A stretch of DNA of 64,000 nt from Takakia lepidozioides. Lineage: Eukaryota > Plantae > Bryophyta. This document shows, in pieces, positions 49,483 to 62,766 of this stretch. Positions within the stretch are counted from its first letter, which is position 1. Every line of letters begins with the position of its first letter. The translations under genes and the position numbers were made by a program. The stretch spans positions 68,944,001-69,008,000 of the forward strand of contig CM060731.1 of NCBI GenBank assembly GCA_030704615.1, written 5' to 3'. A model generated the notes under the pieces. That model was not told the origin of the DNA and searched no databases. It saw nothing but the letters and a program-made list of their open reading frames with translations.

Positions 49483-52400
49483 TCATATGTGGGCGACAGC
49501 TCCATTTCTAGAAAGCTGCTAGTATTGTTAAGCATAAAAACAGAAATTAAAGTAGAAACTTCCAATGAGTTTTGCCTAATTTTGACCACACCACAACAGT
49601 AAGTATTGAAGTGCTGCAGTAGGTTAGCCTGCCATGAATACAAACTGCAAACGGCCTTTTCATACCTTGGTTGAGATAATAACTAAAAGGAAGTTTGACA
49701 TGATAGGCCCCCTGTCACTTTCGTGACAATGATAACTAACTGCAATACCCTTTCACTTAACAAAGCTAGTGACATTTCAGCAAATGAAAAGCTAGAACTT
49801 GGAACAGAGCATATTACCATCACATGCAAGGAGAGGAATTACCTGCAAGGTAGCTGCCAGAGGCACAGTTCCAGCACTACTTGATTTGCGCTCAGCTTGC
49901 AGTGACCGGCAGACGGCCTCCAACTTCTCCTTCTGATTTTTGCTTGTTTCCACCTGCTTCTTCAACAGTGCCCTCTGTAGCATAACCCACAATCCATCAA
50001 TACATCGACAGAATTGTGATTCATTTAGAAGTATTAGGGTGCACTTACACGCTACTCCCCCCACTTCCAAAGGTGCTACGTGATTTTAACAAAGACTACC
50101 TGAGCTGCTGCATGTGGCAATCCCAAGCATCACAATTAGGGGAAGTACCTGAGTTTCAAATTTGCCAGCAGCTCACAAACAGCTGAGGGAGTCCAGGGCT
50201 CCAGTGTTGATTTAAGGACTGGCATCAACATCATAATAGAAAAACATGATGTAGATTCCAGCACATCCACACAAAGCAGATACAATTATCCTGAACAAAT
50301 TTTCCTAGGTAAACATAACCTAAACGCACGTAGAGAATTAAGGCCAAATGTTAGTTGTGGTTAGAACACACCTCATCCAGTAGTTCAATTATGGTAACAT
50401 CTGACTTCTCACATTTTTTCTTCAGCGAGAGATTCTCCTTCTCTAGCTGCTTGATGGTTTTTGACATCTGCCGGCCCACACACAAATTATTGGTATGACC
50501 AGCATACAAGATAGGAAATTTTAACAGAGGCTGATGATAATGGCATCATTCTCACCGGGCATTTTAATCTCTTAGAAAGATACATGGGACTAAGGCAGTT
50601 GGTGGAATAACTGAGCAAGAAATTGATGATGTGACAAACACTAGTATATCCATAGGCTGAAGAATCTGGTATCGACAATGAACCATAAGACTACACAATC
50701 CCTCCTTTATTGAAATCACCAAGAAGAAAGATAGTCAGCTTGAGAAATACCTTCTCCATTTCTTTCTTAAATGTGGCGAATACCTCATTGCTTTTTGTCA
50801 GAGTATCCTGCACACATTATAGGTTGATAACTGTCAAAATGTACCCTTGTGGGCATAGTTCTCACATGTTAAAAACCTTCTCAGAGCCAGTGGTGGGATT
50901 TTCCTAAACAGGGTAAGAAATTCAGTCCAAACTTGCCATGTGACAGGAAATTGGTTGGAGGACAAAGTGTTTGAATACAGGCTGGTACTACATCAAACTA
51001 GACAAGAATGATGTAACTACCAAAGAGAGAGAGGGAGGGAAAGAAAAGGGAGCAATTGGCACAGAGAACACGATATACTGGGGAGGAGAGAGAAACAGAA
51101 GGGTGGATAAAAACATGCTTGAAATTGCTCGAACTTGTCGCCGTAAAGGGCTAGTTGAGATCGAAGATCTTGTTCAGTCTTAAGTAGCTGACTAATTTGG
51201 TCAGTGTAGATACGTGTTTTTGCCTCCTCCTGGGCATGAAGCTCTTCCTGTTGCTTCAGCTTCATGTCAGTGAGCTGCTGCTCAAGTACCTTTGTCCTGA
51301 GCTGTGAACCCCAGGCCCAACCCATTCCAACCAATCTTATAAAAATAATTCAGCATCCAGACGGGTTCTGGTCATCCAGTAGTACATGGTAAGCCACCTG
51401 GATTGGTAAACACTTACCACCCTCTGACCTTAATGCTGTAGTAAAAGAGCTGAATATTTCTTGGTTGAGACAAAACAACCACAAGAAAGTTGAAGAAAAG
51501 AGCCCACCAGCATACCTGATGCCCAAAGTGTTGCTCCCTAATCTCATATTTTTGGGTAAAAAGCTTCAGCTTTTCTCGCAACCTAGGCACCAAGACAATC
51601 AGACGGTCTTACACAGCTGTGTATGTACCAACCAGCATAAATATTGCACGTCAATTAGTGTATGACTAACCAACATCAGATTAAACACCTGAAATGATGG
51701 AGTGTTGATCAAAAGCTATAAAGTGCATACATTTCATTTTCTTTGATTTGCTGCAACCTCGCCTCTCCTTCCTCTTCCAACTTGATTGTGATGTCCTGGG
51801 ACCATCAACACCCCCAACATCATAAATATTGGATAAATGCACTACAAAACTGGTTGTCAACAGAAGAAGAGGCTAGCATGGACTGGCCACCCACTCAAAA
51901 GATGGTCACAAAGTGAAGCAAACCGTGATTGTATTGTGGAACTTTGATGAAAGCTCCTGGCACCTCTGCTGCTCGTCCAATGCAACCCTCTTGTTATCAT
52001 CCTACAGGCGCAACCAACCCGACCGATCAGCAATGTCATGATCGGGCAACACCTCGTCCATCTGTAATTAGCCACCGTCGTTCTTTTGGACAGACAATAC
52101 AACAATGAGACTTTTCAGCTGGTCTGTATACTTGCAGGCTAAGGGGAAACCTTTATGATTCTGTGAACAGTGCCTAGGATAAAACTACACATCAAGATAA
52201 AAGAATGCTTACAATAAGAATTTTATTTTGGCGCTGGAGTTCTCGACACAGTGACTCCAGCTTTTGTCGCAGTGTACTGACCTTGGTCAACTCCCCACAA
52301 ACTGCACCAAGATTTAATCTTAGATTACAAATAATTTTTTCTGGAGTTCCCTGTAGAAAGACATGCTCTCTACATTTCTCAGCCACCAGCTATGCTCAAC

Positions 52401-54399
52401 ACAGTTGTGCCCATTCCATAAGCATAACAACCTGGACATTGCAGCTTGAACCTAGTTATACAGCCGCAGATCACTAACACAAATCAAACCCTCTTAGAAT
52501 AACGTACTGGTATCTTTCTCTTTGTTGACCTGCTCACACTTTCGGCGAACACCCAACAACTCCTTCTCCAGCTGTCTATTCTCTGCCACCTGACTCCAAA
52601 GCAAAGTTTATCCCAGCCTGAGACAGTCAAGTGGGACCCAAATCAAAGCCAAGACGTTGCCTACAGTGCATGGACCAAATTTTTCACTGATTTGTCTCTC
52701 TTTCTAAACTGGCTATGGCATGATCTAGCCAATACAATGTATAGTTGGTCTCTCTTCCTCTCCCCCCTGACTGCTTGGTTGACATGGTTAAAATGCATAG
52801 AAGCCATACATCTATGTTTGGGACCACACATCTTCGCCAAGACATTATCATAAAAGGTAAAAGCAGACCTGCTGCAAATATTTGGAATCCAGCAGCCGCA
52901 ACTTCTCATCAGAGCTCTGCTCTGTACCATCCAGCATCGTACCCTCCAGCATCGCACTCAACTCCTTCAGTTGGCATTTCACTGCTTCCCTCCTCATCCA
53001 TCCCCAACTTGATCACATTACTCAAGTAGTATGACATCATCTAAAAAGGCCCTTTGTTCAACTTTTTGCTCTAAAACTGTCCATATCTTTGCTCCTGATC
53101 TCCACATCTTTCCCTATCTCCATCCTATGGTCCACAGAGAGACCAGCCAAGCAACACATGGGAGACATCTGTAGTTTGCACCACTCTCTTTGTCAACGAG
53201 GTGAATCCTGTGTGCAGACATCCAGACCTGTGTAAAGTAGAGGGCTACAGAAGCAGTGTTGGATTCAACATTAGACTTCCAAGTACGACCTAAAATGCCA
53301 GCCCTTAAATCAAACATTGAATCCCTGTCAGCCGATTGCTATTGCACCAGCATCCTGGCAATTTGGGCCGAGTCCGACAACCCATCAGTTTGAGCAGTAT
53401 GCCATCTAGGGAGGATGCATATTCCATTGGGACTATGCTCTCATGGCTGGAGTTCACAAGGAACAACTGTTGATTCATATTGACACCTTATTTGTAGCCC
53501 AAAGTTTTGAAATCTGAGTCCATCAAGTCTCCCACTTTCCTGCAACTGCTGACAATGGGAAGGGATCACAGTACGATACCCAATTTGGCCTCTTCATCAT
53601 CAACTTTTGAGTGGCCTGTCCAAGGGCTGGCAATTTTGGATTCGAGTATGTCTTGCAATGGTCCATCATTTACTGATGAGCTCTGTTGAAGACTAGCCGA
53701 CATAAGATGACTAGCCACAGAGCTTGATGCCAGTTCACAATCATCTCCATCACTGTCCATGGCACTTTCTCCATCACCATCATGTTCAAGCCGGTTGTCT
53801 TTGCCTTGTTTGTTATTGTCCTCAAGTTCAAAGAAAAGAGGTCCTTTCAAGCCATTCCTTGGAGCTGTCAGGGGACTGTCTGTGGTGACAGAACAATCCC
53901 CCTCCGATAAGGGAACAGGAAAGCGTCGGGTCTTTACTGTTGACTTGTTCAGGGAGACACTTGTAGCCATATTGCCATTAAGTTCTACAGAGAAATCCGT
54001 CATTTCTGGGGTGTAATCCACACTTCTGTCCAACATTGTGGGCGAATATCCAACATTCCTCTCAGGACTTTCAGAGGAGAATTTCAAACCTCTGTTTAGA
54101 CTCTGTTGGGGGGATTGAAATCCCAAGTCAGGGAGACTTTTCACGAAAGAGGCAGAGGGGCTTCGCATGAGTTCAATGGTGCTGACTTCTAGGAGACCTG
54201 TGCTTTCATCCAAAAGAACCGAGCTCTCAGATGGCAGGTTTCTGCTCCTTTCTGAAAAATCGGGGGCTACTGATGCAGATGTTTCAGGATAGCTTTCAGA
54301 AAAGCCGTCAGGTAGGGTTTGTGCCTCAGGAAGCTGACTGGCTATGTGTTGAGTTGATTCATTGCTTAATTCAGCTGCAGAATTTGGGGGCAGCGCCAT
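49483..54399 (-). CDS. TXLN: Taxilin family coiled-coil protein, multi-exon
   Basis: Exon peptides SQLPEAQTLPDGF, KLESLCRELQRQNK (~52212-52282), LRSQLALYGDKFEQFQ (~51117-51290), DTLTKSNEVFATFKKEMEK (~50750-50807), MSKTIKQLEKEN (~50372-50467) and KLEAVCRSLQAERK (~49843-49974). The last exon is uncertain (49483-49515, or read-through to 49792). Confidence 0.88.
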
Positions 54400-56605
54400 T
54401 GATCTGTATATGCTGCATTCAAAAAAGGCCACCCATTAGGAAAACAAAACAAATGTAAGTAATTAGGGGAGAAATATTAGGATCATAGTGATCTCATGTA
54501 GGCCCTCACTTGCAAGCCTCTCCCCTGTTCTTTCGGAAATAAGAGCAACATTGTGCTTAAAGTCCAATGCAACCTCACGAATTGCTTTGTTCCCACAAAA
54601 TGGTTCTGCCCTGAGGGTGGCCATATGACTGGGTCTAAGCACCACTCTACCCTTCCATCTTCCGTCCAGGAGTTCCGAGATATGCAGGTATTGCTGACAG
54701 AGTTGTCCGCCAGTGTCCTAACACTGGAATACCTTAAGACTCTCTAGAAGAGCATTATCCAAAAATATTCCGTATGGAAGTTCAGAAGTTGGTAGTCGTA
54801 TGGCTCATAGCTCTCATAGTACGTACCTCAAGTAAAACAGCTCTTTGCTCTTCCGTTTCTCGACCAGTGTCTCGCATCTATTGACAATATGCGTCCAAAG
54901 TTATCATAACAAGCGATCAAAGGTAACATAACATCTTGAAGCCCTCAGGAATGCCCGTCAAACGTGTGACTCAAAAGGACCTAGCTCTACAATAAAAAAC
55001 CTAGCAGTTGGAAGAGAGGCAGACCAATAGACCGGTACAAAAAATCTGCTTTCAAGTATATCTGTACGAGTGTTTCCAACACCACGGACGACAGGAGAAG
55101 TCCAGCTCAATAACAAGAAAAGCAATGCAGTAGATAAAAAACCAGGCCCTTGACAAAGAAAACTTACAAGTGTGCTGAAACCAACAGGGTGCAGCGCTAT
55201 CTCAACCGTAACCCACTATCGGCTGAGTGTATGCATGGAGAGCTTCAGAACTGTCAAATCATGACATGTAAGTTTCCTATTCCGTTATGATCCTCGTGAT
55301 CCAATCACTTGCGAGTCATTTTTACATAGAATCGTGTAAAATCAATGGGCTATTAGGGTTTGAAGCTCCTACAATCTCGTCCTTCGAGAAATTTTGCCTG
55401 CGAAGAATGGAATGTTGCAAATAATTCCAGCAAATAAGTGATGCTGAATGACGTGAAATTACCGTCAATAAGATTCAAAGAGAGAGAACACGGAAGCAAA
55501 ATAATTTAAAAAATAAATTTGTCTGGAAGGGGAGGGCCAGAGGTAGACATACAAGAGCCAGAATCAGACAGATGGAAGATAACGGTGTGAAGAGATATTG
55601 ATGAATTTATTCATCGCCTACACAGAAGGGCAAAGGGACACCCACTGAATTGGGGTGTAGGCAAGGCAAGCCATTCACGCACTACAATTCAACATTACAA
55701 ACCTAGTAACCGGAGTGATTGGACCATATTCAAACAATCAAAGAGGATATATGAGGTAGACCTCTACAACAAATCTGATGGATTGTCAGGGGGTCCGTGG
55801 ATTCGAGCGGACGAGGAAGAAGAAGACATAACCACAATTTGAGAAGGAGGAAGTTTTGGGAGCGACCAATCTTGGCGCCTACGCACTCTGAACTGTCGGA
55901 TACAACCCATACCTGCTGGACGCTGCATTCCTACCGATGGATCATCACGGAATTCATCTTAATTAACCTTGATTACCACTGTAACCACTTTTCCTTTACC
56001 AGCATCCAATGCTTGCCAAGGGGGGCAATGCAACAAATGAATGATAAAATCAAACAAACAATCATCAACAATTTTTTTTATTTTTTTATTTTTTTAAGGA
56101 AAGGGGGCAGTGGCCCTTTTAATCAAATTAAATAAATTAGAGTTCACAAAAGGTGGAAAAAACAACCACCAAGGAGGCGTAAGGCTAACCGAGGGGGAAC
56201 TTCCCCGAGACCATAGCAAACTAGCTATAAAGAGCAGAAGGAAACAGACTGAGATGAGAAGAAATTTTTATCAATGCGCCGTTGGCTTTTTGCCGGGAGC
56301 AACCAGCCGGGACCCTGAAAAATCCTCCCCACCCCCTCACTGTTAAATATTTCAGAATGCGGGTTATATGCAGTGATGAGTAGTTGTGTATTGGTAAGGT
56401 GATGGCGATGGTAACTATGAGGTATGGGTTTGATTCTCTCGATGGGCAGTAGTGTCACCCCATAACATGTGGTCTATGTGACCCCAGCTCTTGTGGTTCG
56501 CGCTGCCCCTTGTCTGGCGTAAATTGTTATTAGTACATTTTCTACTTGGTCGAATTTGGACAGCAAATTTCATGACACCCAAATTTCATGACTGGGAGTT
56601 ACAAC

Positions 56606-56789
56606 AATTGGAGTGACACTCCCTTCCATGTCGTCTGGTGTCACTTCACACCATTGTGTGTTATTGACACTTTTGAGAGGGGGTGGGGAAAATTTGGCCA
56701 AGTGGCCAAGTGGCAATTACCTCAATTGGAGTGACACTCCCTTCCGGGTCACCCCACTATCACTTCACCCCATTGTGTGTTATTGACAT
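56606..56789. repeat. ~65-bp direct repeat pair
   Basis: CAATTGGAGTGACACTCCCTTCC...CACTTCAC.CCATTGTGTGTTATTGACA at ~56606 and ~56724. Confidence 0.8.
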
Positions 56790-58399
56790 TCTTTGTGGGT
56801 TGAGATGAGCCACCACCTGGCAGCTTAATAGAGGTCAACAAAACTCCTTCACATCCCAGCCATTGGAGCTTGAAAGGCTGGGTCGATGAAGCCAACTTCA
56901 CCAAGTATTTATATTAACAGCTTAACATCGTCTTCTACTAAATGCATAGGATGAACCTGACATGAACATAATGATAAAAATGCAGATTCTAAGGCCAGGG
57001 GATCTATGGGCCATCATATATTTGAAGACGTCTTTCCCCCCGTCTCAAACCTGAGCTCCTGTGAGATAAAATAGAAAAGAGTTATTCCACCATGGTGTTC
57101 TTCGTTGTTAAGCACAAGTGGCTGAATGGATTTTCTGATGTTGAGACACTCTTTTCAACAGTTGCATTGGATGTAACCACCACTGCAGAACTGCTCTATC
57201 TGTATCAGGAGTGACAACACCTCAATGTTGCCAAGGTCAGCAAGAACCAGGTATTCTTATAATTCCTACAATTCTTATTGACGAGGTCATGTGATGCATA
57301 GTTTTGGTCTTTTGGTGTAATGTTAGGGTTGGTATCATTTTAAGTATCCAAAGTGGTCGTGCTAATCCCATGCGACAAAGTGGCATTGCTGTTCATGTTC
57401 GACAGCTCAACATATGAGGACCCGTGGCATGTGCCTGCCGTGGCGGTGGCAAAAAACATCGCAAAAACAATGATCACAGTCCAAAAGATAGACATATTGT
57501 GGCACTCTTTCCTGGTGTAGCGACTTGCAGGATGAGCTTCAGTCGTAACCCTGAATGATGAACACAAGAGCTGTGAGGGGGTGGTTGCAGCCTAAAGTGT
57601 CCATTTCTGGCTGTCACAACACAGATTTTCCTGCACATAGATTGATGGTATACATTCATACTCTTCAATTGAATGGAATATTTGAGTAAAGGACTCTAAA
57701 GGATAATATGCACTGGAGGCTTCACCGACTCTTTCAAGTTTCATTTCAAAATACTAAGTATATTGAAAGTTACGGACTTTTTAAAAAGTCCCTAGTAAAA
57801 TGTCATAGTCCATAATGTGATGATTATGTACTTTGTTCTTGGTCAATTTTCAATGCCACTATAAAAAAGAACTCACATTATGATCACCCCCATTTTGAGG
57901 AATGTAGAATGCTTTATCTTACACTAAAATATGTAGTCCATAAAATGTTAGGGACTTTTGAAGAGCATAGAAATTAGTTATTTTTTGTATTAAGCTTTCC
58001 TACATGAACAACGTACATTTACAAGAACTTCATTCACAAAAAACACGCAATTCCCATAGGTTGAGGGCATAGATGAATTAGATTTGAGAATTTCATTAGT
58101 TTTAATTTGATTTAATTAATTATTTTATTTTATTTTATTTTTTATTTTTGAAAAGCCCGCCCATATTGTTTTGGCACGATACTTTTGGCCGACAGTCTGG
58201 ATTGATTTCATCCAGCGATAAAAATTAATTAATTTTCAAAACTCGCGTCAGCTTAAGGATATCTCATGTACTCGTGATCGTGTCCATAATCGTCTCTAGG
58301 CTGCAATCACCCAGGGGTCCTCCATATTCATAAGCTGAGGCTTAACAGACACGCAAAAGTTGCAAAATCACCTTAAAGGTTGCTTCAGCAGACCAAGGT

Positions 58400-59375
58400 C
58401 GTGTAGGGCCACTACAACAAAACGCGATAGTTATGACTGCCCCGACAGTCATGGTTTTCCTAACTTTAACCATGACTGCATGATCATGGTTTTAGAAAAA
58501 ACAAACCACCCAAAGTCATTCATATGAATGTAGTCATACGAAATCACTGAAAGTGATTCAGCTTACCGTGCAGCTGTCACGGACATAGCCCAGAGGAACT
58601 TACCAGGAGTAAATACCAGAAGTTACCAAGTTACCATATTATCGAAAGTTATCATGACTTACCGTGATTTACCATGATTTACCATAAACCATTACTTACC
58701 AAGTTACCGGGAGTTTACCAAATTACCAAGAATAACTTGGAAACTGCTCAGGAAGCTTCCTTTGGAGGAAACTTCTCCATTAAGATACCTCATTTGCTTA
58801 AGGAAGCTTCTCCATCAAGAAACCTTTGTTTAATCTTGGAAACTTCTCCAACAAGCAACCTCCATAGGGAAAGCTTCTTAGGGAAGCTGTCAAGTTAAAT
58901 AAGCACAGTGTGAAAACAGCTAGAATAAAACTAGTTATTTGTATTTAACACTTGGATTTAGGTCAAGTGTTAAATCAGGTGTCAAGTTTAGTTTGACACC
59001 TGGTCCGTCTTATCTTCACGAGAGCGGCAGTCGCGCGGCTCATCTTTCTCGAGTTGAGCCTGCGCGACCGAGCTTCTGCATGTGTTTAGATTTGAGTGTG
59101 CTTATGTAGGGGTACAGGTTGTTGTGGGGTGGAGTCCCCATAGCTTGGGGTGCCCCTGGCTCGACTACTATTTCTAAGAGTGATGGTTTGGTTTTCATGT
59201 TTTGTGTCAACAGTGTGTTCGTTGGATTTCTATCACTCGAGAAAGATGCTCTCTTACCTGTGAGTGCAAGGTAGGAGTTGAGGGTTAGCACTTGCAAGAT
59301 TACCTGCGTATAAGTAGTGATTAGTTTGAGAAGCATATCATTGAATGTGACCACAAGATTTAGCGTGCCCTGAAA
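58400..59375. repeat. LTR-like/TE-derived segment with internal short tandem repeats
   Basis: Arrays of TTACC and GAA(A/G)CTTC motifs at 58590-58890 and twin hairpins at 58943-59002. No convincing TSD or termini were found. Confidence 0.35.
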
Positions 59376-59399
59376 CGCCTGGAGGATGACGATGCCAGA

Positions 59400-60670
59400 G
59401 CCGCCATTGTTATTGCAGTTGCTGAAGCTACCAAGTCACTAGAGGCTTTGGGGTACACAAGGAGATACTTAAAAATGCAGCAGCAAATGCTAGTTGGCAC
59501 CTATGCATGATCCTTGAAGCTGGATGATCGTTTCACCAGTAAGCTTATAGAGGAGCTCTTCTGGTCTTGTGGGTCATGTCTGAAGGCTTCATTGCATACC
59601 ACTGATCCTCTTTCAAAGGAACAACCGCTTGACTGTCCAGGCTTTGCAGAATCAGAAGCTTGAAGTCACAACGAACGATGATGATGATGTGGAACAGTGG
59701 GTGGAAGCTTGTCTTCCAAATTTTTGGCAGCAGATGACACTGCAGCGCGGAAAAGAATGCTTTGCTCGGAAGAAGGCTCTGATCCAACTAGTTGTGTGTA
59801 TCTGTGACTTGGCAGAGGACTGGGCATAAATGACATTTGGTGGGTCTCAAAAGTGGGTCCACATCTGAACGTTGTCACTTGGGGCTGCAAGTTATCGTGA
59901 TTCAGGGGTGACTCTAACTGAATCACCATTGACAAGGACAGTAGTGGCAAGTGCTGTTTAGGGAAGACACCACTGTGGACGACTTGATTCATGTGATAGA
60001 AGGCTAAATACAGCAGTGGTGGGACTAGCCAACAACCGACAAGGCAATCCAGCATGCAGTACCTGGACAGTTTCTTTTTTTTTCAAAATGGATTGCAGGG
60101 ATATCAGCAGATGAGAAGGCAAGACTGCTACACTGTGTTGTTGTAGGTGGTGGTCCTACAGGGGTGGAACTCAGTGGTGAGCTCAGTGACTCATCAGGAG
60201 AGACGTCTACGGCTAGTTCGGCCATGTGAAAGATTTTATCCATGTCACACTTATTGAGGCAAAGGAGATTTTTTTTCATCTTTCGATGTTCGACTCCGGG
60301 AGTACGCGACCAGGCACCTGATCAAGGGTTTGGAGGGATAAGCTGGAGGGTCTTAAACGCATAACTGTTTTCAGACTGGGGTAAAGCTGATGCAAGATGT
60401 AGTCAAGGATGTTCTGCCAGACAAATTAGTGCTTACGGATGGGACGGAGGTGCCATACGGGCTGCTGGTTTGATCAATGGGTGTTGGATCTTCTTCCTTT
60501 GTCCACTCCTTACCTGTGAAGAAGTGCCCTGGTGGAAGCTTGGCAGTTGATCCAGTTACTAATGGAAGCCCTACCGCAAACAAAGAGTGTTGCTGAGAGA
60601 CAAGGAAAGTACCTGGGCAAATCTTTGAACAAGCTGGCACAAGCAGGTGGTGGTCAGGCTGGGGTCCTTT
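59400..60670 (+). pseudogene. NDA: Type II (alternative, NDA-like) NAD(P)H dehydrogenase pseudogene fragments
   Basis: [31 protein letters not shown]...[42 protein letters not shown] and VAERQGKYL, with stops and frameshifts. Confidence 0.85.
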
Positions 60671-60969
60671 TGTAGATATTCTGTGGGCCTTTAATGAGCA
60701 AGTGATCCAACCATACTCTAAGCTCAGGCGTTGAGCAGCCTTACAGGTGAATCTATAGGGTCCCGTGGGAACAATTTCTGCAGCTACACAGGGTGTGTTA
60801 GTGGCCTAAGAACAGCTTAGAAATGCTTCAGTGCAAGCCCTGGAAATTGTGGGCGTCAATGCCCGTACACACCGATGGCAACGTTGAGTCAATCCCTTCA
60901 GCTCATATCCCGCTCATACACCAAGTGTCACCTGGTGAGTTCACAGTCTCCCACTCTCATGCTTTCCTG

Positions 60970-61085
60970 CAACGGGCATTGGCGTACCTGCATCCTGAGT
61001 GCCCGGAGCACAGGGTGTACTGATATGGAGCCTTCTCACGTTCTCCTTGACAGAAAGGCCAAGACCCGCATCACCGACCTTCACA
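60970..61085 (+). pseudogene. Receptor-like kinase fragment (subdomains VIa-VII)
   Basis: ALAYLHPECP / DMEPSHVLLDRKAKTRITDL resembles GLAYLHxxCxxxIIHRDIKPSNVLLD...KIxDFG; frameshifted. Confidence 0.65.
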
Positions 61086-61503
61086 TCCCACGCACTGCCA
61101 CAGCATAAGAGCACAGAACGAGAGGAGGGGTGAATCCAGACTGTGAGAACTACATGAACATGTTTGGGAACCCGAAGATAACCAGGGAACAGGGAACCAA
61201 GACAAATATTTTTTTTTTAAAAAAAAGTTTTCTTTGTATTTGTTTGGTCTTTTGATCTAATTTAAATGATTTAGAGCCAAATTGGTCACATCTTTGTCAA
61301 ATGGACTCTGTTTGACTCAGTTTTTGGGGGGATAGCTGCAGAAAGGGGAAATCTACCTATCTTGACCTGGTTTTAGTTTTTGGGACTCTGTTAAAAATCT
61401 ATGGAATTTTTAGAGTGTGAGTGTGCCATAAAAGATCCACAATCCTGTCTCTAGAACCTGTGCTGGTCTATATGAGAGACAAATCTGTGGATGTACTCCT
61501 TGC

Positions 61504-62181
61504 ATGGCTGGGGGAAATGAGGACGTAATTGAAGGGCAGGTCTCTTCTCTTAGCCTGTGCACACAAGGGGACAGGATTTATGTTTCCCAAGGAACTCAGA
61601 CTGATTTGAGTGGAGAACAGTTGGACGAGTTGATTGCATACTGGGAGTCAGGCATTAGCAGTAGACAACAGACTGCTGTAGTTGGCATTGAGGGCCTCAA
61701 TATCGCCTTGGACAGTCAGAACTCTGTTGGAGCCAGCAGTTCTGCAGCTGTAGGTGAAATACCAAAGTGGGTGAAAGCTAGGCTTGGAACACAGCCAAAG
61801 ACAGCCCCGGGGACCAAGGTGTTCAGCCACAAGGCCGTGGTGTACTGGAGCAGAGGAGCAGGAGCTACACAAGTTTGTGCAATCAGACATGGTTGCAGCC
61901 GGATACGCTCTACACAGGGCAACCACGAGCGGGGGTTCATCAACAATGACATGTTTGTTGTGCGTGAAGGAGATGCAGTCATTCGCAATGAGGACACCCG
62001 CAACCGTCTCAAAGCTTTCGAGTTGAGAGACTATCAGACCCTACCTTTGTTTTCTTTAGTGTTCAGTGAGCGGGAGATAGGGGAGTATTGCTTTGTCTCT
62101 ACCTGGCAGAAAGAGGAGGAGGGTTGGTTAGAGCGAGCTACTGTAGCTTGGGACAAGCTTAGTGGCAGTTTCTGGACATAG
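61504..62181 (+). CDS. Unknown 225-aa protein, probably a retroelement accessory ORF
   Basis: Uninterrupted intronless ORF with a GCATGG start, ending ~240 bp before a PPT-like tract and LTR. No family recognised. Confidence 0.5.
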   Translation: MAGGNEDVIEGQVSSLSLCTQGDRIYVSQGTQTDLSGEQLDELIAYWESGISSRQQTAVVGIEGLNIALDSQNSVGASSSAAVGEIPKWVKARLGTQPKTAPGTKVFSHKAVVYWSRGAGATQVCAIRHGCSRIRSTQGNHERGFINNDMFVVREGDAVIRNEDTRNRLKAFELRDYQTLPLFSLVFSEREIGEYCFVSTWQKEEEGWLERATVAWDKLSGSFWT

Positions 62182-62428
62182 ATATACCTCCTACACCTTA
62201 CCATCATGCAGAGCGAGGCACTTTGAGAGAAGTCTGGCAGTTGATAGCATAGATCAGGATTGGATCTTGCTTGGTTGGGCTTCTATTCTTCCCCTCCATC
62301 TCTGTACTATTTTCATTACCTTGTACTTGCAGTTGCCAAAGCCTCTCTTGGTGGAGGCTAGTCAGTCCGGGGTTTTGGGCTGGGATATTCTACAGGATCA
62401 GCATTGCAGCTGGATTTTGGTGTGGGGG

Positions 62429-62721
62429 TGTTGATGTTTTGATTTCTTGTGTTTGGATCCCCCCCAACACCTGCATGCTTGACTGTGCGCCATGTTGGTT
62501 TTGTGTGGGCGCTTGCTTTCATAGGGATTAGGCCGGATTTGATCACCGGTCAATCCTAGAGTATGCTGTCGATGGTGAGGCTGGAGTGATGACCAGCAAG
62601 ACCACCAGTGTTTCTTCTATGGTGAGGCTGGGTTGATGACCAGCCAACCATAGGAGTTCTTGCGGTGGATGCAGGTGCAGGTGCCCTGAGCCATTGGGAT
62701 ATGACCCTTAAAACTGCAACA
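62429..62721 (+). repeat. Putative 293-bp LTR
   Basis: Termini TGTTGATGTTTT...AAAACTGCAACA (10/12 inverted match), preceded by GGTGTGGGGG and followed by PBS-like GGTGCCCACCCGTG. No second copy in the window. Confidence 0.6.
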
Positions 62722-62766
62722 GGTGCCCACCCGTGTCACTATTAGATTAGTACTAGAGCCTTATAG

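Noticed and set aside
55560-55900. Coding-like stretch upstream of taxilin
   Set aside because: Interrupted frames and no recognisable family.
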